From assembly GCF_000429945.1 (NCBI RefSeq), contig NZ_AUCV01000033.1, positions 1 through 24,000 of the forward strand: a stretch of 24,000 nucleotides of DNA. Direction: 5' to 3'. The DNA is from Desulfogranum japonicum DSM 18378. GTDB lineage: Bacteria; Desulfobacterota; Desulfobulbia; Desulfobulbales; Desulfobulbaceae. A model generated the notes under the pieces. That model ran no database searches, was not told the origin of the DNA, and worked only from the letters and a program-made list of their open reading frames with translations. Positions 1 through 6,868 of this stretch are shown here, in pieces; within the stretch, counting starts at the first letter, position 1, and each line of letters starts with the position of its first letter. Position numbers and translations under genes: made by a program.

Positions 1-155
1 GGGTACTTCTCCCTGATTTGCTCAATTATATGAAAAAGGGAGTTATTGGGAGCATCAATGCACTGGATAATATAGGATATTTGTTGGTCGAGACTATCGT
101 CGTACATGTTTTTATAATACTCAGTCCTAGTTTGTGTTCCCAGCGCCATTGTCAT
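1..155 (-). CDS. hypothetical protein, N-terminal fragment (gene continues past the left window edge)
   Basis: Absent from the ORF track because the window truncates it. Minus-strand ATG at 155-153, with AGGAGG (plus-strand cctcct 163-168) 7 nt upstream. Open to the edge: MTMALGTQTRTEYYKNMYDDSLDQQISYIIQCIDAPNNSLFHIIEQIREKY. No motif recognised. Confidence 0.45.
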   Translation of the reverse strand, partial: MTMALGTQTRTEYYKNMYDDSLDQQISYIIQCIDAPNNSLFHIIEQIREKY

Positions 156-181
156 AGTATAACCTCCTGATTTTGCAGAAT

Positions 182-209
182 ATTATACTATAGTTTTGTC
201 ATTTATCAA
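182..209 (-). promoter_or_regulatory. candidate sigma70 promoter of the left-edge gene
   Basis: Minus strand reads TTGATA (plus 204-209), 16-nt spacer, TATAAT (plus 182-187). The -10 lies about 27 nt upstream of the ATG at 155. Confidence 0.45.
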
Positions 210-585
210 GCGATAATATTACCTAGTCGGTTGAAATTATTATGCAATTCAAGAAAAGATGGGCCCAGAAGGTTGTGCCATAAATATCGGATGCACCCGA
301 TCTGTGTGTATCCATGTGTGTATGATGTCTATTTGTAGTTTTTTTTATGGAAATTTTCCTGACGTATGACGGGATGTTAGGTCCTTTCGGTTTGTATTCC
401 ACCCTCGCTGTCGACCTGAACCTCACGATTTGCTCTACCCATGCACAAAGCGGGTACAAAAGAGGGTACGAACAATAAAACAAAAAGCAACTTGAATCAT
501 AACTGATTGAAATAAAATATTATTTACAGCAGGATTCGACTCTCGCCTTCACCATCAGACATCCATAGTTAATTAATATGGAATG

Positions 586-623
586 AAACCCGTTACCAGT
601 AATCTGGTAACGGGTTTTTTATT
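586..623. terminator. Rho-independent terminator, bidirectional geometry
   Basis: Perfect 14-bp stem AAACCCGTTACCAG (586-599) / CTGGTAACGGGTTT (604-617) with a TAAT loop. The plus strand follows with TTTTTTATTT; the minus strand follows with TTTCATT. It sits 54 nt downstream of the stop of the Mo-oxidoreductase gene (674, minus). Confidence 0.7.
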
Positions 624-673
624 TGTATTGTTCGCTGTCTCTCAACTCATGGTATTTGAGTTGCTGCAGGAAA

Positions 674-2728
674 TTATACCTTACAGATATTACACATGAA
701 GCTGCGGCTGGTTGATGTGCCGGTAATCGGACCGCGTACATCATCCTCGGTAAGGTCATTGAGGTTTGCCTTTGGATCGTATTCTCCCCAGCCCCAGGCG
801 AGCCGGATGGTTCCTGGCTGGACAACCTCAAGAATGCGGGCTTGCATGGTGATACTTCCTTTTGGCGTGGAAATCTTAACAGAATCTCCATCTGCTATTC
901 CCAGTTTTTGACTATCTTGTGGGTGTATGTCGGCAACCGGGCCTGTGGAGCTATTGAGTAAAGAGGGGATATTGCGGAATTGAGAGTTGGTAAATCGAAT
1001 ATCACGAGTTCCAGAAATACCAATAAACGGATAGGTGTCAGATTTATCGTGAAAACTGATGGGGTTTTCCATGGTGCCTTCGGCAAAAGGGACCGGATTA
1101 TGGCCAACTTCGGCAAGCCTTGCAGAATAAAATTCCACTTTACCGCTAGGGGTGTGAAAAGGATGTTGGGTAAATTTTTCATACTGCTGCTGTTCAACGC
1201 GCAGGCAGTTAGAAGTATTTCGAACATCTGCAACCGTTGTTTCGGCTGTTTCCAGTTGATAATCGATGGCCTCTTCAGCCGTTTTCCACGGAAAAACCTT
1301 ATCAAGGCCCAACTTATCCGCAATCCCTGCTACGATTTTCCAGTCAGGCCATGAATTTCCAACAGGATTAATGACAGCGTTTTGCAGAACAATTGGGTTA
1401 TTGCGGATGGATGATCTGTTAAGCTGTGTTCTTTCAAAGCAACTGGAAGCAGGTAATACCACATCGGCAAGTTGGGCGGTTTCTGTAAGAAACAGGTCAA
1501 TGACCACCAATGACGATACCTGAGCAAAAGCCTCTCTGGTTCGTTGTGAGTCAGCCATGCTGATTACGGGGTTACCTGACTGCACTATTACCATTTCCAA
1601 CGGATAGGGTTTATGGTCAAGAATGGCGTCAACTATGCACCCCTGAACCTGGTTTCCCCAGGTTGGACTGAACGTATTGAATAGATGATAATCCTGGGTT
1701 ATCGGTTTGAGGGTATCCTCAAGTAGATGCCGGTCTTGAATATTGCGAACGGGAATAGGCTGGGGTAAAACATCTCCACCTGGTTTATCCAGGTTACCTG
1801 TGAGTGGCCTGAGGCAGGCAACTGCCCTGGTAGTGTCAAAGACAAAACGATGCATGTCCAGACCATTACCGTCAACGATACAGGCTGGTTTTGTGGTAGC
1901 GTACAGAAATGCGACCTTTTTAACCTGTTCAGGTGTCAGCCATATTTGCCGGGCTATTTTTTCCGCCGGAAAATGAGCAGCAGCAGCTTTGAGTTCTTCA
2001 AATCCCAAGGTGTATTGAGATACAAACTCTTTATCATACAGTTCCTGTGTTATAATTTCATTGATCATAGACATGGCTAACAGACCGTCATGCCCGGGTT
2101 TAATCTGCAGCCAGAGGTCTGCTTTCCTTGCCAGCCTGGTTTGTACTGGGTCAATAACGATCAATTGCGCACCGTTTTTATGACCTGCAAGGATTGCCTC
2201 GGCAGCGCCCAAGGTGGTATTGGCATCATTTTTCCCCCAGACAATGATACATTGGCTAGCCTTGGGCTCAGGAAAGGCCATAGACCCATACACATACGAA
2301 TGGGCCATGTCTCGCCCTACAAAGCAGACCGAGCCGTTGCCGATGGTGTTGGGAGATCCGAAATGGTGCATCAGCCGGTTTGGATAGTCCCACTGGGCAC
2401 CCCAATCTGCGGCCATGCCGCGTAACCAGGCAACTGATTTCGCGCCACTTGCCCTTTTGTGTTGTTCCATGAGTTGTGCTACTTTCTCAAGGGCTTCGTC
2501 CCATCCGACTTCACGAAATGGTGCATTTTTATCATCGCGTACAAGCGGCGTGGTCAATCGCTTTGGGGAAGAGACGATCTCCGGCGCAGCGTTGAGTTTG
2601 GGGCAGACAATCTGGTCCTGTTCTGTAACCATGGATTTTCTTCTGGCAGAGACCAGTTTGTCATCTATCACTTCTGCGACGATGGGGCAGCAGGATGAAC
2701 AGAGACGGCAGACAGTATCAATATGCAT
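674..2728 (-). CDS. molybdopterin (bis-MGD) dependent oxidoreductase, cytoplasmic type
   Basis: 684-aa ORF. N-terminal Cys cluster (TVCRLCSSCCPI...) typical of the 4Fe-4S Mo/W bis-MGD domain. GNGSVCFVG segment carries a candidate Mo-ligand Cys. C-terminal molybdopterin-binding barrel-like tail (IADGDSVKISTPKGSITMQARI). No twin-arginine leader. AGGAGG 5 nt upstream of the ATG. Confidence 0.9.
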   Translation of the reverse strand: MHIDTVCRLCSSCCPIVAEVIDDKLVSARRKSMVTEQDQIVCPKLNAAPEIVSSPKRLTTPLVRDDKNAPFREVGWDEALEKVAQLMEQHKRASGAKSVAWLRGMAADWGAQWDYPNRLMHHFGSPNTIGNGSVCFVGRDMAHSYVYGSMAFPEPKASQCIIVWGKNDANTTLGAAEAILAGHKNGAQLIVIDPVQTRLARKADLWLQIKPGHDGLLAMSMINEIITQELYDKEFVSQYTLGFEELKAAAAHFPAEKIARQIWLTPEQVKKVAFLYATTKPACIVDGNGLDMHRFVFDTTRAVACLRPLTGNLDKPGGDVLPQPIPVRNIQDRHLLEDTLKPITQDYHLFNTFSPTWGNQVQGCIVDAILDHKPYPLEMVIVQSGNPVISMADSQRTREAFAQVSSLVVIDLFLTETAQLADVVLPASSCFERTQLNRSSIRNNPIVLQNAVINPVGNSWPDWKIVAGIADKLGLDKVFPWKTAEEAIDYQLETAETTVADVRNTSNCLRVEQQQYEKFTQHPFHTPSGKVEFYSARLAEVGHNPVPFAEGTMENPISFHDKSDTYPFIGISGTRDIRFTNSQFRNIPSLLNSSTGPVADIHPQDSQKLGIADGDSVKISTPKGSITMQARILEVVQPGTIRLAWGWGEYDPKANLNDLTEDDVRGPITGTSTSRSFMCNICKV

Positions 2729-2736
2729 AGCACCTC

Positions 2737-3675
2737 CTATCGCGTGGCTTTGAGATAACAGCTTTGGATGAGCTCATAGTGGTTGGAATGTGTTCTGATT
2801 TTCCACCACGTTTTTCCTTTTGTCATAATCTGCCATTGCGATGGGAGATTATCTGTGGAGGAAGACAGCAGGGCTGCAATGTTGTCTAACCCTTTGCCTT
2901 GGTAAGGGCCTTCTATTTTACCCCCAAGCCATTCTTCGATTTCAGCAGCTTCCTCTGACCAACTGAAAGGATCTGAAAGGACAAACTGGGAATTTTCCAT
3001 TCTGGTAACTCGATCCATTTCCATGAGATGCTTGATGGGAGAAGGGACCTTGTCCACCAGGTTAAGTGAACCAAAAGCGGCAATGGTTGATTTGCGAACA
3101 GGAAGCGCCAGGGCATTGCCGACAATAAATTCTACATTGGTTGAATCCCAGTGATCAGGAAGCGTGAAGGTGACCTCTTTTGTCAGATACCCTTCCTCTT
3201 TCAAGCCAAATGTAATATTTCGCTGCAGCATTAACTGCCTGGCTGTACGGATAAATGCTATAGAATTATCGATTCCCAAAGCAAAATTGCATTTGCTGCC
3301 CAACTCAAAGGTGAATCGTCCCACCGCGCCACCAGCATCAAGACCCATACCATTGACAGGTGTAACCAGATCAGACCAGGTTGCATAAGCTTCCGAAGCA
3401 TTATCCATATCAAACAGATCAGAAAAATGACTCCAGAGATAAGAAGATACAACTGTATCATGTTCATATTTGTTGTTCTGTATTTGCGTATCATCCTGGA
3501 ACGGATCCAGATACGCAATTCCATTGGCTATGGGATAGGTTGCACCGCAATGGGGGCAGGCGAGGAGACCCTGTTCTATATCATCCTGGGTGGCGATGTC
3601 GATCTGCGGAGTAAGGGGAAATTCATCAGGAAGACATTTGGGACAGATAAGGATTTCAAGAAGTTGTTTTTTCAC
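2737..3675 (-). CDS. Trm112-like zinc-ribbon fused to class I SAM-dependent methyltransferase-like domain
   Basis: 312 aa with a GTG start. N-terminus LLEILICPKC...LACPHCGATYPIANGIAYL is the split CxxC...CxxC Trm112-type fold. GLDAGGAVGRFTFELG resembles methyltransferase motif I. Its stop TAG (2737-2739) overlaps the RBS of the downstream Mo-enzyme gene (8-nt gap), so the two form an operon. Confidence 0.75.
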   Translation of the reverse strand: MKKQLLEILICPKCLPDEFPLTPQIDIATQDDIEQGLLACPHCGATYPIANGIAYLDPFQDDTQIQNNKYEHDTVVSSYLWSHFSDLFDMDNASEAYATWSDLVTPVNGMGLDAGGAVGRFTFELGSKCNFALGIDNSIAFIRTARQLMLQRNITFGLKEEGYLTKEVTFTLPDHWDSTNVEFIVGNALALPVRKSTIAAFGSLNLVDKVPSPIKHLMEMDRVTRMENSQFVLSDPFSWSEEAAEIEEWLGGKIEGPYQGKGLDNIAALLSSSTDNLPSQWQIMTKGKTWWKIRTHSNHYELIQSCYLKATR

Positions 3676-4238
3676 GATTAGTCCTGTATGGGGTTGAGGT
3701 TATTGACGGAATCGGAAAATAAAGCAAGGTTTCACGCGGGAACGCCTGCAGGTGCATTGTGCCTCCCTCACGATTGGAGTGTCTTATGTATAAGCATGTT
3801 CTTATGGCAGAATATATAAGCAAAGGAATATTAACGTGGGAATTGCTAGCTATACCCTTCACACTCGTATGAGAGTGAATATTTCCTGCCTGTATTGTTC
3901 AAAGGATATGAACAGACGACCAATTGTTTAAGTGTACTGAACCAACCTGAAGTCAGTAGCTGGGAAAATGCTTGGATCTCCCACAAGGTGGTTGATTCTT
4001 AAATAGAGGTAACTGCTCACAGTGTACTTGATTTTTTCGCGATGAGCCTGGCTTACGTATAACCCAATACGCTGCACCAGCCTGCTTGTAAAAACCTCAG
4101 GTACACTGTAACCCGTTACAAATACAGGGGAGTTTCAAACGTATTCATCTTCCCCAATGAGTAGTTGAGAATATAGAATAGAAAGCTACCCGTATGAGAT
4201 CTGTTAGTCAATTTAAAATATTGTTATTGGAGTCAAGA

Positions 4239-4408
4239 AGTTAAGGGTCACGGAAGAAATTAATTATCCAATTTTGCTTGTCTTTCAACTCGCTAACGTC
4301 GTCGCGTCAAGGGCTCAATACGGCCAGTAGGGAACCATTGACGCGACAACGTTAACATGCCGATATCCTATGGAATTTTTAGATGTTTATTATTTCCTGC
4401 GGCCCTAA
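4239..4408 (+). repeat. nested-palindrome MITE-like repeat, copy A (full length)
   Basis: About 85% identical by hand alignment to 21686-21856. Termini TTAAGGGTCACGGAAGAAAT / ATTTCCTGCGGCCCTAA are inverted repeats. Central arms 4294-4313 and 4335-4354 form a 20-bp stem with 2 mismatches. No ORF. Confidence 0.75.
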
Positions 4409-4830
4409 GCATTAAAGATATCATAGTATCTGGCTCCTGCTTGGTGTATGGAGGCACGGGAGTGTAATGATGAAAATTATTACCTTTATTATCTATATGA
4501 TAATGAGTGTATGTCCATAAATGAGTATTTTTGTTTGAGGGCAAGGCATGTTTAAAATTTCAATACAGTTATATGTCTGATATTACGATTATAAAATGTA
4601 GAAGATTACACAGCTATCTGGCCAAAAGGCCATTTATGAACAGGCATTAACTAGAAAAAATCAGCTTTATTTCCCCTGGTCTTGAAAAATGTTTTTTTCA
4701 CATATATCATTGCCTTATGCATACAAAAAGATGGAGCGTTTTTTTGGGCCAGTAGGATGTTCACTCTGTCTAATGGGATGCGCTATATCTTTGAGATATA
4801 TCATATTTGTTTTTAATGATACGTTGTTGA

Positions 4831-4980
4831 GTAACTGATCACAGGTGCTCCAGATTTGGGCAAGCATGGTTTTTCGCAGGTAAGCGAAGACTCCGGTAGG
4901 CTATCTATGCGGGAAACCGCGATCGTGAAAAGAGGTAAGCGACCAGCGGGAGACTCCGTGGAGTACCTGTGATTAGTTAC
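4831..4980 (+). mobile_element. 150-bp MITE-like element (21-bp terminal inverted repeats, 8-bp flanking direct repeat)
   Basis: GTAACTGATCACAGGTGCTCC (4831-4851) pairs with GGAGTACCTGTGATTAGTTAC (4960-4980): 19 Watson-Crick pairs plus 2 G:T. Immediately flanked by GTTGTTGA (4823-4830) and TTTGTTGA (4981-4988). No coding capacity. Lies 54 nt upstream of the PilZ ATG. Confidence 0.6.
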
Positions 4981-5034
4981 TTTGTTGATATGGGAAATAC
5001 TGGCTTACCCAATGATTCGCCAAGGAGAATCTTC

Positions 5035-5403
5035 ATGCAGGAAAAACGAAAATATAAACGCTACTATTTTCCAAAAGAAAAAATGATCACCCTGCACATT
5101 CACGTTGAAGACACGATTAAACTCGTAGCTAAGCTCCTTAATATTGGCGAAGGTGGTGTTGGCTTGGCAATGGAAAGATCGGCTGCCATTGACTTGCCTG
5201 AAGGAACTGTCTTGACCATTGATAAGGTTTCAGGGATCAGACATTTTCGGAGCTTGGCAAAGACTGAAGTTGTAGTTCGCTGGTCGATGGATAGCAATCA
5301 TTTTCAGCACCTGAGTGTCGGCTGCCAGTTTCTGGCAGAGCAGGAAGCCATTGGCCATGAAATAGCGACATTGGCAGAGAAGGAAGAGATATCAGAACTG
5401 TGA
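5035..5403 (+). CDS. stand-alone PilZ domain protein (putative c-di-GMP receptor)
   Basis: The RKYKR (RxxxR) motif is followed about 30 aa later by NIGEGGVGL, a D/NxSxxG-type PilZ motif with Ser replaced by Gly. I place the start at ATG 5035 because AAGGAG lies 7 nt upstream. The track's GTG at 4969 lies inside the inverted repeat and has no RBS. Confidence 0.8.
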   Translation: MQEKRKYKRYYFPKEKMITLHIHVEDTIKLVAKLLNIGEGGVGLAMERSAAIDLPEGTVLTIDKVSGIRHFRSLAKTEVVVRWSMDSNHFQHLSVGCQFLAEQEAIGHEIATLAEKEEISEL

Positions 5404-5563
5404 AAAGGACAATAGTTCAACGGGATATGAAAAAACAGGTATGAATCGATTAGCTGTTACTGTTTATCCGGTGCTCATGGTTCGTTTAAGCACGTTTTTT
5501 CGCTATTGTTGGTTATGCGATGAGGCCTGATCAGGCCGGTGTACGGTGGAAGTTTACAAAAAG

Positions 5564-5598
5564 ACGCCAGCAGCCTGGATAGCTGCTGGCGTTTTATC
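5564..5598. terminator. bidirectional Rho-independent terminator between convergent PilZ and outer-membrane protein genes
   Basis: Perfect 11-bp GC-rich stem ACGCCAGCAGC (5564-5574) / GCTGCTGGCGT (5582-5592) with a 7-nt loop. TTTTAT follows on the plus strand and CTTTTTGT follows on the minus strand. Sits 15 nt beyond the stop of the minus-strand gene. Confidence 0.75.
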
Positions 5599-5612
5599 TA
5601 ACACGGTTGCGT

Positions 5613-6800
5613 TTAGAAACGGAAACGTGCTCCAACTCCTATACGGCTGTATTTCTCAAGATCATCGAGTTCATCAACAGCTGCACGTCCTTCCAGGAAC
5701 AGGGAAATATTGAACTCATCAGGCTCTCCGTAAATACGGCTGCCGACGTTGAGGATCAGGTCAAGATCAGTATCTTCAGTATCCAGGTCATTATCACCGG
5801 TACTGATCCAGCCACCCAGTCCAAAGCCAACAAAAACGGGATTCCAGGAGTAGTTAGCTATAACATCCACCAGGAATGCTGTCTCGCCGTCATCACCCTT
5901 GAAATGTGGAGCGATACCGACCATACCCAGTACTGAAAATTCCTCAGTGAAGTTGTATTCCATTCCACCGCGGATAAAGAAGTAGTCGCCTGGGTCAGTC
6001 TGCTTGTAGTATCCAAGATCAGCAACGGGGCGGAATCGGCTTTTTCCGGTTACTGCGGTCTGGCAGTCCTGCGAAGTTGCTTCCTGTCCCTGGTCATCGA
6101 TGACTGTCACCTGGATAGTGTTGTCTCCGCAAGGCATGGGCATCTGATAGATCAAGGTGTTTGCCGGTACAGGCTCTTCACTGACCACGTTCCCTTCACT
6201 GTCAACGACAGTTACTTTCATGCTGGTGACTGCACTGTCATCGGTGGAGCTGCTTGCGTCAATGGTAACCATTTCTCCGCAGTAAGCGTTGACAGGTGTG
6301 ACGGATGAGCTACAGGTTGGATCCTGGTTTACAGCCACAGGAATTGCGCCTATTTCTTTCAGGGCAACATTACTGCACACCATGGGGACAACGAATGTGT
6401 ATCTGCTGCCTTCATAATCTACAACTACTTCAAATCCTGTAAAAGGAGCTTCTCCTCCCCAGGTAACATCTTTCATGATACGTACACGGCCATTCCCGTT
6501 TCTTTTATAGAGCATCCAGTTCAGGGTTTCGCCGGGAGCATATTCTTTTACTTCAGGGGTAGTCTGTGCAAGTTGCTCCATGAAGGGTTGATAGAGTTCA
6601 GGCATACCGGCGAGGGTAAAACCATCCATGATGGATTGCTGTTCTTCTGTGGCCATTGACTTGAGTTCTTCTACGCTGCTGATTGAAGGCGTATGAAAAG
6701 GATGTCGGCCAAGTTCCTTAATTGTGCCTGCGGCCTGGGCACTCACCGCTACAGTGCATGCCAGCAGCGAGGCCAGGAATAGCGTTTTGGTTGTTTTCAT
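5613..6800 (-). CDS. outer-membrane protein: signal peptide + unknown N-domain + PKD/Ig-like domain + C-terminal small beta-barrel
   Basis: 395 aa. N-terminus MKTTKTLFLASLLACTVAVSAQA contains both a lipobox-like LLAC and an AQA-A cleavage site. The middle segment VTIDASSSTDDSAVTSMKVTVVDSEGN...IQVTVIDDQG is PKD-like. The last ~130 aa have alternating amphipathic strands and end in GARFRF (terminal Phe, typical of OMPs). AAGGAGAG RBS. Confidence 0.7.
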   Translation of the reverse strand: MKTTKTLFLASLLACTVAVSAQAAGTIKELGRHPFHTPSISSVEELKSMATEEQQSIMDGFTLAGMPELYQPFMEQLAQTTPEVKEYAPGETLNWMLYKRNGNGRVRIMKDVTWGGEAPFTGFEVVVDYEGSRYTFVVPMVCSNVALKEIGAIPVAVNQDPTCSSSVTPVNAYCGEMVTIDASSSTDDSAVTSMKVTVVDSEGNVVSEEPVPANTLIYQMPMPCGDNTIQVTVIDDQGQEATSQDCQTAVTGKSRFRPVADLGYYKQTDPGDYFFIRGGMEYNFTEEFSVLGMVGIAPHFKGDDGETAFLVDVIANYSWNPVFVGFGLGGWISTGDNDLDTEDTDLDLILNVGSRIYGEPDEFNISLFLEGRAAVDELDDLEKYSRIGVGARFRF

Positions 6801-6838
6801 TGAATTCTCTCCTTAGGGTTTAAAAATTTGAACCATAA

Positions 6839-6868
6839 ATTGTATAGCAAATTTAGTGCCTTTTGCAA
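6839..6868 (-). promoter_or_regulatory. candidate sigma70 promoter of the outer-membrane protein gene
   Basis: Minus strand reads TTGCAA (6863-6868), 18-nt spacer, TACAAT (6839-6844). The -10 lies about 40 nt upstream of the ATG at 6800. Confidence 0.4.

Noticed and set aside
223-483. 86-aa minus-strand ORF
   Set aside because: It has a TTG start without an RBS, odd composition (His/Thr/Ile runs from AT-rich DNA) and no motif. It would end inside the promoter of the left-edge gene.
532-554. tRNA or tmRNA gene
   Set aside because: Only the T-loop-like TTCGA and a CACCA-like end are present. The 5' side (CAGGA) cannot pair with CTCGC to make a T-stem, and no D or anticodon arm is present upstream. 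At most it is an att-type remnant, as noted in a finding.
674-2728. Selenocysteine (in-frame TGA) recoding in the molybdoenzyme
   Set aside because: The ORF is uninterrupted, and a Cys occupies the expected ligand position (GSVCFVG). No in-frame TGA or SECIS-like hairpin is needed.
3937-4125. Minus-strand open frame of about 60 codons (..VTGYSVPEVFTSRLVQRIGLYVSQAHREKIKYTVSSYLYLRINHLVGDPSIFPATDFRLVQYT) as a gene or pseudogene
   Set aside because: It has no ATG and only an internal GTG without an RBS. It has no recognisable family and spans the 13-bp inverted repeat. It could be a decayed remnant, but I cannot support that without a BLASTX search.
4831-4980. c-di-GMP (GEMM-I or class II) or cGAMP riboswitch upstream of the PilZ gene
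   Set aside because: The context is tempting, and there are short resemblances: GGGCAAGC versus GGCAAAC, ACTCCGGTAGG as in the Vc2 aptamer, and a GAAA tetraloop. However, the conserved ACGCAAAGC core and the hairpin order of GEMM-I are absent, and I cannot thread the class II pseudoknot consensus. The 8-bp direct repeats flanking the 21-bp inverted repeats are better explained by transposition. It is kept only as an alternative in the finding.
4969-5034. Track start (GTG 4969) of the PilZ ORF, giving 144 aa
   Set aside because: The GTG lies inside the right terminal inverted repeat and has no RBS. The in-frame ATG at 5035 has AAGGAG 7 nt upstream, and the PilZ RxxxR motif begins 4 residues after it.
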